DNA of 60,291 bases from the NCBI GenBank assembly GCA_001938485.1, contig MQRK01248386.1, positions 63,151-123,441 of the forward strand. The letters are read 5' to 3'. The DNA comes from Girardia tigrina (Eukaryota). The first letter of the stretch is position 1. Every line of letters begins with the position of its first letter. The position numbers were made by a program, and so were the translations under genes. Under the pieces are notes generated by a model, which searched no databases, was not told the origin of the DNA, and saw only the letters and a program-made list of their open reading frames with translations. Shown here one piece after another: positions 12,402 to 27,100 of this stretch.

Positions 12402-13765
12402 TTAGGGTGATTCAAAAGTTTTTTTTCGTTTTTCCACTCATATTTTCAAGATAACAAAGTATTTAAACAGAACACGTTTACTTTTCGAAGTACAGGACCT
12501 TATTTTTGATGGTCTTCAACCATCTTTCAGCCAGTTGCTCGATTCCACGGCTATACCACTCTGTTGCTTAAGAAGAAAAGAAATCGCGGTACCCTTGTTT
12601 AACCTCTTCTATTGAATCTAACTGCAGCCCTTTGAGAAAATGCGCCATTGCTCGAAAGAGGTGGTAGTCGCTGAAGGCAAGGTCGAGACTGTAAGCAGGG
12701 TGTGGCAGAACTTCGATCCCCTGTAGCTCTTGCACTTTACCACGAGTCAAACGTGCAGTGTTTGCCGGAGCTCTGTCTTGTTGTAGAAGAACTCTATTTC
12801 GCTTGACCAATGCCAGGTAACCAAATAAATATGGGAAAGTTATTTTATGAATATTCTATTTTGGCATTATTGATTTTTATATTATTTATTATGGTATATC
12901 ACATAGAGAATTACGTAGACTCTGTACAGCTACTGAGTGTAAAGGTAGGCATTCACAGTACGCCCCTCCGGAACCAGTTCGAAGTGGATCACTCCGTCGA
13001 AATTCAACCACATACAGAGCATAACTTTGCAATTGAAGCGTACTTGTTTAACCACGGGTTAGGTGGGCATACCAAGGTAGAGCGATTGATTCTCCTTGTT
13101 GGGATAACGGAAAATTATCAACTTTTCATCCCTGCCATGATCCTTCTGAAGAAGTGCATGTCATGGGAGTGAGCAAGCAATTCTTTGAAGAGATCAAGTC
13201 GTTGTTGTGCTTGAGCGGCTCTCAGTCGGTGAGGAATTTGTCGACACTGTCTATTGACAAGACTAAGCTGATGAAGATGACGTTGAATAATGAGTTGTGA
13301 AGGACCAAACTCTACTGTTAGTCTCCGCGTGCTAGTGCAGGGGTGCTCTTCCACAACTTGACGTAGAATGTCATCATCAACAACAAATAATCGCACAGAG
13401 CTAGGGTGGTCATCCTAATTGACGTCATCACTTGAGAAACACTTGAACCACAATTGTGACAAATCAACACTGACCGTACCTTTGTCTTCTACTTCACATA
13501 TTTTCCAGGCTGTAGCAGCTGCGTTGAAGCCATTTCTTTCAGAAATGTCGCAAAAGGACTCAAATTCCGTATTTGTGGCTCTCCATAATCTGAGAAAAAT
13601 AAACAAAGAAACGTTTAATGATTAAACAAACACTACACAAGGAGATTCGTCATGCAATACCATAATAAATAATATAAAAATCAATAATGCCAAAATAGAA
13701 TATTCATAAATTAACTGTCACAATGTAAGGCATAGAAAAACGAAAAAACTTTTGATTCACCTTAG
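12402..13765 (-). mobile_element. Mariner (DD34D) transposon, full length, transposase pseudogenised
   Basis: TIRs ttagggtgattcaaaagtttt / aaaacttttgattcaccttag with TA flanks. Motifs LLQQD..PHPAYSLDLAFSDYHLFR. Confidence 0.9.
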
Positions 13766-14331
13766 TAGTAATTTGTAAGCTACCTTCTTTTTTTATAAAT
13801 AATATAATAAAAAAATTTAACATATATTTAAAATTAATATATATATNNNNNNNNNNNNNNNNNNNNNNNNNNNNNNNNNNNNNNNNNNNNNNNNNNNNNN
13901 NNNNNNNNNNNNNNNNNNNNNNNNNNNNNNNNNNNNNNNNNNNNNNNTATATATATATGTTATGCGGAATTGACGTCGTTGCCGAATTCACGAACTGAAA
14001 AAAAAGTTTGCCGGATTCGTGAAATTGTTTTTTTTACTCTGTAATAATATATTTTAACAATAAATTTCAAAGTTATTTCAGATGTAGATATATTCATATT
14101 AGAAGAAACTGTTGTATGATTTAAAAATTATATATGTAGATTTTTAATTAAAATTTGAATTTGTTATTAATAAATTTATAAAAACTTCATTTAAATAGAT
14201 AAATATTTAAATAATTCAATATTCAAATAAAATTAGAATACTAAAAATATATAAGATATATTTAAAAGATTTATTAGCATTATGCATTTTTTTGTAAATA
14301 ATATATATTTAATATCAAGCAACTTTCAGTC

Positions 14332-14869
14332 TGTGAGGAATATTTTAAATTTGGTATGTTGAAATTGGTTTGTTGAATTTTTTATGTTGTGTTTCTCCCA
14401 CCCAGATGGAAAATTGATATTTTAGATGTTCACGATAAATAATTATTTGAGTATAATTTATATAATTTAAATTTTAATTTATATTTTAAAGTACAACATA
14501 AGATATNNNNNNNNNNNNNNNNNNNNNNNNNNNNNNNNNNNNNNNNNNNNNNNNNNNNNNNNNNNNNNNNNNNNNNNNNNNACTAAGTTTTGAATTAATT
14601 AAATATTCTTTCTTTACATAAAATAATTTTTAAATAAAATTAATATGTAAATAAAAATTAATACTAAAACTACAGAATCTGAATTTTAAAAATAAAATCA
14701 GAAAATAATGAAAAATTTGTTCGAATAATTGTTTATTAAAAAACATTAATAAAAAATTTTCAATTTAGAAAGATGTCGAATGACGAGAGTTTCACTGAGA
14801 GTTGTCCAAAAGACAATTCTGATTGTAATGAAAATAAAAGTTTGAAAACCCATGTTGGTGTTCTTAATA
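14332..14869 (+). mobile_element. Solo LTR (family A), close paralog of the 4895 LTR
   Basis: Aligns closely with 4895-5817 once the nested insertion is removed. Ends ggtgttcttaata. Contains an N gap. Confidence 0.8.
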
Positions 14870-15165
14870 ATATAAATAATATTCATTGAAGAATAACAAA
14901 ATGTTTCAGGGATTTCTAAATTAAAATTTTATATTTGATTGAAATATATAATATGGGACAGATTACTATGAAAACTTGTAAAAGTTTTCTCACCTGCCAG
15001 AAACAAAAATGCTTGCTTTAGACTTTTCAAAAAATCAAATGTCTTAAGTGCAGCTCTACCATCGCTGTATTTAGAAAAGGTTCAGACGAATTTGGCCCAA
15101 TTAGGCATTAATTAACATTACTGACTCGATATTCAAAGAAAAATCCTTCTTTTTTGGGTGGTGAC

Positions 15166-15592
15166 TGTGAAGAATATTTTAAATTATGCATGGATCTGGT
15201 GTATGCGATAACTGATCAGTCGAACAGAATTAGCATAACTAAAATAATGACAATTTAATGATCTAATAAAATTTTAATTTAAAATTGATAATATTCGTTA
15301 ATTTCTAATATAAATGATATTTGTCAAAAATTAAAATGAACATGTTTAATGTTGTTTTAAAAGATATTTTTTGAGGTTTGAATAATTTTAAAACTTGTTT
15401 TTTTTTATTATTTTTATATTTTTATGAAATATTTAAAAGTTAAAAGAATAATAAATGTTAGGAAATTGGTTCGAATAATCAATATAAAAAATTCAGAAAT
15501 AACACTAATTAGAACGATGACAAATGGTGAAAGAACTTCCGAGAGTTGTGATGACTCTAAATGTAATAGTAATTGTGTCGGTACTCTTAACA
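15166..15592 (+). mobile_element. Solo LTR (family A)
   Basis: tgtgaagaat...ctcttaaca, with the gttcgaataat motif and ORF MTNGERTSESCDDSKCNSNCVGTLN. Confidence 0.7.
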
Positions 15593-16172
15593 GTCATAAT
15601 ATTCACTCCCCTACTGTAGAAAAAGAATAAAATTAAGAAAATACAAGAATTGGAAAATTGTTTGTGCATGTGCAATATTATAGGTTTTTTGAGTACTTAA
15701 CATATTTTAACTCATTTCCCAATTTAAAAAGAAACAAACGTCATTGAAAACTTTATTCCATCAATGGAGGTGTTCTTTGAACCACTACCAAATTTATTTT
15801 TGTGATTCAGATATTGTTGTTGTACGAACGATAATTCGATTTACATAAAATTGATTAGGAGAAGTTATAAAATATTAAACAATTTTCAATTTCAACAATT
15901 AAAATATCAAAAATATAATGTAAAATATATACTCATAAATGAAAAATATTAATTCAATATATCTTTAAAAAATTATTACTTGAAACTAAAAATATTTTTT
16001 TTAATAATTTAATTATAATTTAAGCTGTGATATTTTCCAATTTATCAAAGAGAAAATTAAATTAGTTATTAAATAATTATTTAATTGGATTACATTTTTC
16101 TTATGTATGAAATTATATTGAATTTTATGTCAGAATAATAAATTTATATATAAAACAAATTTTAAATTTTAT

Positions 16173-19100
16173 TTATTGACCTTTTTCACACTCGTCCAGC
16201 AGAACCGTGACTGAACTGTATTCCATACTTAAGCTCTTGACGTCAGTATAGCGGGTCACCGTTTTCGTGTCGTAAACGTATAGATAATTTCTAAAAAATA
16301 AATTATTTGTCACTTTATCAAAAAATACTTGGTGTAAATTAATAGATGTAAATTTTTTACTCCTGAAAAAATCCACTTTACAAACAATTATTTTCAGACT
16401 CATCAAATTAGATTTATCCAAAAAAGATGAAGAGAGGGATAAGAAAATAAATTTTATCAATTTCTATAAAATGACAAATAATAAATCAAAAATAAGATTA
16501 TTTATCACGTTTTAGAGTATTAATTATAATTTCAAAACGTATTTTTGGATTAACACGTTCACGTCGGCGCGTACAACCGGTGGCCTGCACTAGATATTCT
16601 CATCGGAAGGTGCGTACCTCGATGGCCGACATTTCATTGTGCCATTAGGCGGTCAAATAATGAAAATTTACACATATATTTATTAAAAACATTTATTTTT
16701 AATAACAATTATAACTAAAAACGTATCATAATCATAAATCATTAAAAATAACTCATGAGTATAAATTTAAAATAAGAATTAATATCTTCTCTCATGATTA
16801 TCATAGCTTGATATAATTTTATTTAAATTTATTTAATTTATTTAAATAAATACCGCATTCTCAATGCATTCTTAATGCCTCATAATGTTATAGATCAGCT
16901 CCCGTCCGACAGAGAAAAATTTTAAGCGTACCCACCTAAGGGTGTGGGAAATAAAATACAAAGCTAGCATAAATGTGTTAATATACAAAAATCTGTTCCG
17001 AAAATTACTGTTTTTGTAGAAATTTTGAAGTTTATTTCGATAGGATATTACTTTCATATTCATACGAAAAAAATTGCTTCAAGAAGATTTTTACAAGACA
17101 GGAAACAACTTGGCTTTTATATAAGAATAGCCATTGTTAGGTTCCATATCAGTATGTTTACCGATGCATTTTCTGAATAAATATTTTCGCACATTAAAAT
17201 ATGAAGCCTTATTTGGTTTTCGGTTTTGAGAGAAATTGTCCTTCATAAAATTATGCAACAATTGCATGAAGCAAACAACCTAGATCCATCAAAATATATG
17301 GCTTACCATGGGATATATGAATAATAGAAGGGATAGAATAAGGAAAGGCCAGAAGAAGAGGAAAAGTAGTTGAGTTATTGGGGTTGATCTTCCTATCAAG
17401 AATATTGACAAAAAACACTTCGTTGAAATATTAAATACTAGGTATGATGATGTGATTGTGAATTCAGAAATGCATGCTGGACGAATTCAAAGCTGTTCTG
17501 CAAAAGTTAAACTATATATTTAAATTGATGGCCGAATGTTGGACAATAGTATTACAGAAAATAAATCATTTTTGAAATTATACTGCAGTGAACACAATTT
17601 TCAAATTAAAATTGTGTAAACGAAAAATAATTAATCAAACATTAATTTTTGTAAATTTACCCACTTTTAAAATTAATTTTTTTAACAGTTAATATAAAAT
17701 TATTATTCAATCATCGTCAAAATCTTTAAATTGAAATTAATCGAGCACAAAAATTGAATAGTTAATTCTTAATTAGTTTTTGTAACAATATAATCTTGTT
17801 TTAATAATCGTTTGCAAGTTTGACCACTCGCCAGAAACTCTTATCACTGGGTTTGGAGGTTTTGCCGCACCCACCGTATTCTCCAGACTTGGCCCCATCG
17901 GACTTTCACTTATTTAGATCACTGCAGAATTCCTTAAACAGAAAAATATTCGCCAGTGATGATGACATCAAATCGTTCCTAGACGGCTTTTTTGCTGACA
18001 AAGGCAAAGGTTTTTATGAATCAGNAATAATGAAGCTACCGGAAAGGTGGAAGAAAGTGATTGAAAATAATGGACAGTATATCGTGTAAAAATATTTGTG
18101 CATCCATGTCATTTTTTGATAATAAATATTTTAGTAAAAAACGCAATGACTTTTTGGTCAACCAAATATGTTTGGCACAACTTACCTGTGCGAACAAATT
18201 TTTCTAAAATGAAGTATATCAAATCAAAATACAGAACTTTGTCAGACTCACATTTAAAATCTTTAGTTATGATTAGTGCTTCGAAGATTCTACCGGATTA
18301 CTCAGATATTTTACAAAATCAACAGCAGTTACACCATTCTCACTAGTTAGACCTCCTGCTAATCGTTCCATTTTTTGAAAAAATAGTTATTAAATGGAAT
18401 TTAATGTTATTTTTTTGAATATATTTTCAAAATTTTCACGATCATGTAATTACAATTATAATTTTATATGTTCATTTATTAACAAACTTATCATTTATCT
18501 GTGTATTCACTGATTATGCGTTTTTAATATAATAATTTATATATGCGACCAGCGGGACTATCTTCCAATGCACCATCCGGCCAGCGTTGTCACAAGTTTG
18601 GAGACCCCTGATCTAACATGTACTAAAATTTTAAAACCAATTTCCTAAAAGTAATAAAAAATTGGAATTATTATTCTAAATAAAATTAAGGAAAAATATT
18701 TGAGTGTTAAAACGATTTTAGATTGTTTACAACTATTATAAAACGTAATAAGTATGTATTAAACTCTAAAAATATTGATAACAAATTGATGTATAACTTA
18801 TATTAATGTATAACCTATTAATTAATATATAACTTATATTTTTAAAATATTATAACAATCATCTTTAAACGGGAGGGCGGTCATAATTCTGAATGAAATA
18901 ATCCCGAACGTTAAAAATCTCACGCGGTTAAAATCTCAAAACGTCATAATGAAATAACTTTTTTTTCTATAACACAAGCCAATTCTTCATATAATTGTTT
19001 ATAAAGTGATTTGTTTTGCTAGTCATTATTGTGTAAACGAGTGGATAGATTCCAGAATTCAGCAGTCCATCTCACGCATGAACATATATATAGTTGATAA

Positions 19101-21143
19101 AATAATGTAGAAAGAGTTTTGAAATTCCCATTAATCATCCTTGCTTTACAAGTTTTAGTGCTGTGTGGATTTTGGGAAAATTGTATAAATTTTTGAATTA
19201 AATAAAAAATAAATTTCAAAAAAATTTACAAGATAACATAAATGAAAGTATAATGATTGTACGATTAAAATAAAATATATTAATATATATTTTTAATAAA
19301 AAAATGGAAATTTATTATAAAATAATTAAAATTAAAAGTGGTAATTAAATTTGATGAAAAGACTTTTGCAAATCAAAATAAACTTAATAAGTTTAAAATA
19401 AAATATGTGTAATGAAATTTTAAATAAAATAGTTTGATTACAAATTTTTTAATGTAAGACTTTAAGAATTTTCAAAATAAACAAATAGAATTTTAATTTG
19501 AAATAAATAATTTAAAATAATCACTTTAATATGGTTTGAAGTAAAATATTTTTAATTAAATAATAAATTTAAAAAAATGAAATATTAAATTATTTATCTT
19601 TATTTAAAATTCCTTATTTTGCAAGAAAGAAATGAAAAGTGTTCCTCGGAAATTTATTCAAAAAAATTTGTTTAAAAAATATGTTATTTTATTGTTATAA
19701 AATAAAAGTTTTTAAAAATGTCAACTTCTGATTGTTCAACTACGAATTATCACGAACCTAACAAGTGCTAATTAAAAGAAATTTTTCTTCTTTCCTAATC
19801 ACGTCTCTAATACAAAATGATTCACCATTTAGAGTATGTTGTACATGTAGAGCAACTTCTATGTCAGCCAGTATTTTTGGTTCAGAAGGTCGTTGTTCAT
19901 GCCAAATTCTTTTTATTTTCTTTCAAATGGTTTATTAAGTATATGCAGTGGAGTAGATGCTGTTAAAAATTGAATAATTTGGAATGGTAAATTAGAGTAA
20001 TTTTCGCCTCATACTTATTATCCTATATATTTCCCATATAAATCTTGGTTAATGTATTATTAAACATACTAATTTCCGGAGGACAAATCCTTGCTTTGTT
20101 CTAAAAGAATAAAAGAAATTATTTTTAATTATCGTTAAAGTCGTCCAGCTATCATGGCTTGAGTTTAACTATTTTAAGAGATTTGTTTCATTTAATTATT
20201 CAATATTTTCAATATTATAATCGTTTATGATTGTTATTTTCTAGAAAAAGGTGTAAGTAGCGTTTATGTCACTTTCATTATTAATAGATTCAATGCTCAT
20301 AACTCAACACAAAACTTTAAAAGGATTTAAATCAAAGAATTAAATTCAACAGTTTTGATTTTTGGGATTTTAGAACTTTGGAATTTTGATCTATTGGGAT
20401 TGTGTCATTCTTCCTTATGATCCGAACCCATTTTAATAAATATAAAATTTAATTTACTTTGATTTTTTTGCCGTCCATAAAACTTTAGAAGCAACTAATC
20501 TTAACGAAAAAAGAGTTCCCATATTGGCTTCATAAATTTTATCGAGAGTTTTTGAAGTTGCTTCTAAGGCTTCATCATGAACAAGAATAAGTTCTTTCAC
20601 AACTGGATGAAGACATAAAATCACATTCAAGGATGTGATCTTATTGTTTTCAACCCAACATAACTTGTCAGTTACGATATCATATATCAAGGCTTCTGGA
20701 GGGACAGTAAAATCCGTGATTAAAGGTCGATATCCGGAACCATCCATATATGCAAAATCAATTTTGATAATGTTCTTGTTCTTACAGATCCAAAACATTT
20801 CACTATTAATAAGATATGTACAAAATAAAAATTAAACATAAATCATACGCATCTTTCGGATTTAGAGTAATTTGACTAGGGGACGTAAGAGAAGAAAATA
20901 TTACTTTCTCAAAACCTCTATAGATATTTATAACACCAAGACTTTTTTCCGTTTCCGATGTCCAAAATAAGTTGTCCGATATCCAATCGACAGCCACTCC
21001 GGAAACCTGGATGTTTGGAAGAAGAACCGGTTTGATGGACTCAGGGGAGGAATATGATGAATGGAATATACCCAACTGGTTCTTGAGAATCCAATAGATA
21101 GACTTTGTTTGGCAATTAGATTCAATGATAGATATTTTGTCAT
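16173..21143 (-). CDS. YWTD/LDLR class-B beta-propeller exons and terminal exon of the nidogen-like gene
   Basis: ISIIESNCQTKSIYW, GVAVDWISDNLFWTS, AYMDGSGYRPLI, LIYDIVTDKLCWVE, SKVLWT. The terminal exon 16290-16173 joins in phase 2 after a ttattttttag acceptor. Confidence 0.8.
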
Positions 21144-24100
21144 CTAATTATAAATAAAATATAAACTTAAAATATAATAAAACTGATGTAATAAAAGGTG
21201 TTTTTTTCTACAAATCAATTCATAAACTTTTAAAAGTAAAAAATGTCGGAAGAAGGCGACAATTTAGTAATGAAAATATTATTAAAATATACAATACGAC
21301 TTTGTGTCGCGGAGAGAACTTAAGAATTATCTCTTCTTTTAATTAATTATATTTATTTTAATAAATAAAAAACAAATTCATCAGATCTTTAATAAGTATT
21401 AAGGGATAATTTGTTTATTCTCGTAAAAAAATTTATAAAATTAGAATAACGGTATTTTAGTTTTATTTGTTTCTTGCTCTTTCCCTCGGGTTATTAAATC
21501 CCTTATTTCTTATTTTCTTTACTTTTGCATACTTCCAGATTTAATTTTTGAACGAGTTTTATGAGGACTTTCTTTAATTCTTTGTATTTCCAAAATGTCT
21601 TTGTAAGATCTTAACAAACTTCTTTACTTTTTCTTCAAATTATTTTTCGTTAAATTAACTTTTTAATAAATTATTCTTGTATGTTTGGAATGGAATTTAA
21701 AGTGATTTTAATTATCATGATTAATATGATTTAAAAGGAGTTCATCCATAATCATCCAAGGTCTTCTAAAAAAGACAATGGTGCTGGTTTAGGATTTTAC
21801 TATTAACTATAAAAATAGCAGATTCACTCCTCAAATTATCGGGTATGTGGATCTGCTATTTTTATTGTCTTTAACTTTAAAGAAACTAATCAGGTTAACC
21901 TAACTAGTACAGTTCGGTGAACCTGTTTAGTATGTTAGAAATAAAATAAAAAAATTATCAAACGTAATAATAAAATAACGGTATTGTTATAAATTATAAT
22001 TCGATAATTCTAACCGATACAAAAAAATGGAACAGAAATTCACAGCTGGCGATAAAATATTGTTGTTGACGATAAGATATTCAGTCAGTCGCACTTTCAG
22101 ACAGTAGTATTCAGTTAGACGTAATTATGACTTTTTGAATGTTATTGATCATAGAAGTCAATATTTCTATGGTTTATTTAAATTTAATTTAATTTTAGAT
22201 TCTCTATATTAATTTATATATTGGCGTAAATGACAACTTTATTTGATCTTTCTTCTTTTCGCTCGCAACACAAACTACACCAAAAAAATAATCACGCAGA
22301 CACTCCAACACTTCTGGAGGTTGTTGCTACGACAAAAAATAATAAACTCATTCATCCCTTGAATAAAAACTAAAAAAATAATAATTGACATAAAAAAATA
22401 AAAATACATCATGATCATACACAAAAAATAACAGAAAAATAATATGAAAATAACTAAAAATCGTTTGCTATAAAGACAAACAAAAGAAATACATACAACA
22501 CCCGAAAATCACGATGTACAACGAAAATATAAAAAAACAAAAAGAGAAGAAAGACTCACATTACACAGCCCCCCCTTTAAAAAACAGTATTTAGTGCGTA
22601 ATGTTTGTTTGAAGTAACGGTTGAATATTTCAACTTTTCCGTTGGCTTGTGGGTTGTAGGGTGTAGTTTTAATTTTTCTAAAGTTGAATTTCGAACAGAG
22701 ATTGTTGAACTGAATTGATTGGATTTGTTCTCACTGGTCTGTCACTAGTCGTTTTGGCGGACCGTACCATGAAATCCAGCATTTCTCAAATTTACTGCAA
22801 ATAGTTGAAGCTGAGATGTCTTTAACTGGTGTCACTTCAATCTAGTTTGTTTTCCTATCTATGATACAAAATATGTATCTATAATCTTTGTTTGGAGGAA
22901 AAGGGCCTATTAGATCCAGATGTAAAAATTCTACCTTATCTAGTTCATCATAATTGATTTTTTTTATTTTGTGTTTCTTGGTTGTTTTGTTTTTATTGCA
23001 TATCAGGCAGTTTTTGGTGAAAATTTTAACGTCTTTGTGGATGTTTTTCCAACAACACTTGTTGTCTCAGCATGTTGAATGTTGTTTCAGCGCCGTAATG
23101 ACCGATATCATATATGTTTTTAATGCATTGCATTCTTAAATGAATTGGAATCAGTGGTCTGTTTGTTCCGCTAATTGATTGGTCGAACCAAATATTGTCT
23201 ATTCTTTTTAATTTAAGTGAAGAATTATTGAATTCAATTATTGCATCTTGTTGTTTGTCGATTAGTTCATTGATGTCTAAGAAATTTAAAAAAGTGTTTC
23301 GTTGACTGTGTTGCGCGACAAAAAATCTGCTACTATGTTGCTTTTTCCAGGTATATAATATATTTTACAATCGAACTGTGATATGTAACAGGTTTGGTTT
23401 AGTTGGCGTGGGCTTGGGTTTTTTAGATCGAGTGCATGTGTTAATGGTTTGTGATCAGTGTATATATTAAAGTACTTGTGTTCTAAATATTCTTGGAAAT
23501 GTTTTATTGAACGGAATTTTTCCATTAATTCCCGATCGAATGTTGAATATCGAGTTTCTGTTGGTTTTAGTTTCTGAGAGAAAAAAGCGATAGGTACCTC
23601 TGTTTTCTTTATGATTTGCGATAGTGTAGCACCGATTGCGCAATTCGATGCATTTTTTGTCAAATTTAATTCGGTATTCTGTTGTATCATATGTAATTTT
23701 GTAATTTTTGCAATTTCATCTTTAATTTGTGTGAATGTTTCCAGACTCGAATTGAACCATTGTATTGTTTCTAGTTTCTTTTTGTTTTTTATCATCTCTG
23801 TTAGTGGAGTTAAAATTGCAGAACAGTTTGGGATAAATTTGTGGTAGAAGTTCACCGTACCATAAAATCTTTGAATTTCTTGTACGTTCTTTGGAGGTTG
23901 TATTGATTTGATAACTTCAATCTTTTATTTGATGGGGTATATTATCCAATTTTCGATGGTATGACCCAAGAAATTAATTTTTTTTGTTTACTTCGCATTT
24001 TTCGTAATTTAAATTGAGGTTATTCGTTTTTATAATTTCTAATACTCTCGCTACGTGTATTTTATGATGTTCCAGATCCGTGCTTCCAATTAAAATGTCG

Positions 24101-27100
24101 TCTAAGTAAACGACTGTGTAATGAAGTTTTGAAAATAAATTGTCCATGAATCTCTGAAAAGTGGATGCTGCCTTTTTTAAACGAAACGGCATCTTGAGAT
24201 ATTCAAAAAGTCCGAATGGTGTAAGAATAGCGGTTCTTTTAATATCCTCTTGTGCTACCGGAATTTAATGGTAAGTTTTCTCGAAGTCAAGTTTGGTAAA
24301 GTGTTTGCATCAGCTAATCTTGTAGTGACGTCTCTGATAAGTGGCACGTCCTGATAAGGGTATTCGTCCTTGAACGTGATTGAATTTAATTTACGGTGGT
24401 CTCCGCAGCATCTCTAAGAATTGGCTTTTTTTTGTTTCATTAATAAAGGTGACGACCAGTTTGAATCTGACGGTCTTATTATTTCCTTTTCTATTAACTG
24501 TGCGAATATGGTTTTTGCTTCATTAAGTTTGTCAGTTGGTAGTATACGTACTTTGGTGTGAACTGGTAATCCATTTGTGATTATTTGATGAGTTGTGGAT
24601 ATTTGTTGTATATTTGTTCTGCTAATTTTTTTCTCATTGCTCCAATCATTTAAGATATTTTAATTTTCCTCGATTGTTTTCACTATACTCTTGTCATTTG
24701 TGATAATTGATGATAAAGTTTTTGTGTTTGTAGTTTTAGGTGGGCTTGTCTGTTTGATGTCTTTTTCAGTGATATTTTCTTCAGGTGAAAGTGTATTTTT
24801 TGTAATGTATATGTAGTTTTGTTGAAATGTTTAATTGGATTTGTAGTTGCTTCAGTTTGTGATTTGGATATGTTATGTTCAGGATAGATTATTTGTTTTT
24901 TTTTATTTTGTCGTTTGTGTAGTTGATCTCATAATTATCTTTTTTCATATATCGTCTATTGATATTATTATGATATATTGAGTTGCAGTATGTTGTTATT
25001 TTAGTTTTTGGTATATAGTTACTAAAATGTATATTTGATTGTTTGTATATTATGTTAATATCATTTTTGTATGAATTATATTTTTTGTTAATTAATTTTT
25101 TATTTTTGCCCTACTTACTGACACGGCGTGATTATTTTATTTGTGTGTTTTTTGACCTTTATGTTTACTTTCGAGTGCTCCGATGTTTCTTTCATGTTCG
25201 ACGTGTGTATTTTCTTCGTTGATTTTACTTTCGAATGTTTGTTTGCTGGTTTATTTATTTTGCGAAAATGAACGTGATTCTTCACCCAAAAAGGTACCCT
25301 TCTTCTAATATCTTTCTCGTTCAAGAATTATTTGAAAGAAATGAAAATTGCCTCTGACGAACGTGTCTCATTGATCTTTGGAATATGTTAAATCAATATT
25401 TAAAGAATTTTCGTCGTCTCTTTCACCGGGAGATTGCACCAGTATTTCTGTGAATAGAATAATAAATGAAGACGAAGATGAAGAATTTCTGAGTGAAATG
25501 GTGGAGACAACTGATGATAATTCTGAAGGAATATTTGACAATGAAAGTTCTAATTATGATACTGAAAAAATATCTAAAAGAAAGTAACATTCATTTTTTC
25601 GAAACAAATATTGAAGATTTAAGTGATCCAAATCATGATACCATGTATTTTGAGTTTCATCATAAATCTTTTACAGAAAATTCTAACAATTTCTTAAAAA
25701 ACGTCAACAAACGATTCACTGCTGCCGAAGTAGTTGAAAAGTTGCCAAATTTATGAAGAACATTTATAAGTTAATAATATTTCGGTAATTGAAATAAGAA
25801 TAATAAAACAATTGAAATAAGAAATCAATAAAAAAAATAAATCATTAATAAAATTTACTAGCATAGTAATTAACTTACCGAGGACTATATTTTATCACTT
25901 AGGATGTTAATCTGATGTAGCAATGTACGTTATTTTATTTTTTTTGAATTAAAGAGTTTGTTACTTTGATTAATTGTTTTATTTGATAATTTATTTTTTT
26001 AATTGTAAAAGCAGCGAATTTAATATATTAATTAATCTACAGTAAAATTCGCTGCTTTTACATTAACAGCTGGTTGGGGCAGCTTATGTTCTCAGCCTTA
26101 TTTATGATCTCTATGATAATTTAAAAAGTTACATTCGTTAATTACACTACTCTATATCAATTTTTTTCTCGTACTGTAAAGGTCACTTTTATGTAGTTTT
26201 TGATGCTGATTTCAAGTGTACTAGCCATTTTCTTTCATTACGTCCACATATTTATATAAGTCACAATTCAGGTTTTATTAGCCTTTTAATTAAAAAAACT
26301 TATTCATGTCTATGGATTCCCACATTGCCGATCAATCCAACTTTGTTGTTATTTTTTTGTAATTATATCACAGATATTAGGGTGAACCAAAAGTCTTTTC
26401 GTATTTTTTATTAAAAATTTAAACATAATTTTACAACAATTAAAAAACATTTAAGTTTCAAAGTAATGGCCATTTGAATCTATAGTTTAAACCCATCTAT
26501 GGGCAAGTTGTGCGATCCTGCTGCGGTACCAATCCTTGTTCTTAGAAGGGAAGAACTGGTGACATCCGTTTTCGACCTCGGTCAGATTATTGAAGCTGCG
26601 ACCACGAAGAAAGTATGCCATAGAGCGGAAAAGGTGATAGATGGATGGTGTAAGATCCGGACTATACACTGGGTGTGGAAGAAGTTCAAAGGCGTCGAGA
26701 ATTTTGATTTTTTCCTTTGTTTGTTTGGCGGTGTGCGGTTTTGCATTGTCCTGTTGTAGAAGAACTCGCTTTCGATTGATCAAAGCGGAGTATTTCTCGC
26801 CAAGTGCGGCATACATTCGATCAAGTTGGATGCAGTAAAGGTCAGTGTCGATGGTACGACCATTTGGAACCAGCTCGAAGTGAATCACGCCTCAGAAATT
26901 CCACCAAACACACAAAAGTGCCTTCCTTGAGAAACGATCACGTTTCGCTACCCGTTTCGCCATTTGGGCGGGTCCAACCATTGATTTTGTTGGTCTGGAT
27001 TACTGAAGTAAACCCACTTTTCATCGCAAGTTACAATTCGACGGATGAAACGGTCATTGCACGGATTTTCAAGCAATTTTTGACAAGTTTCGAAACGCTT

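Noticed and set aside
19963-20100. Candidate terminal exons of the nidogen-like gene
   Set aside because: The region lies within a MULE-like relic. Exon 16290-16173 fits phase and the propeller C-terminus better.
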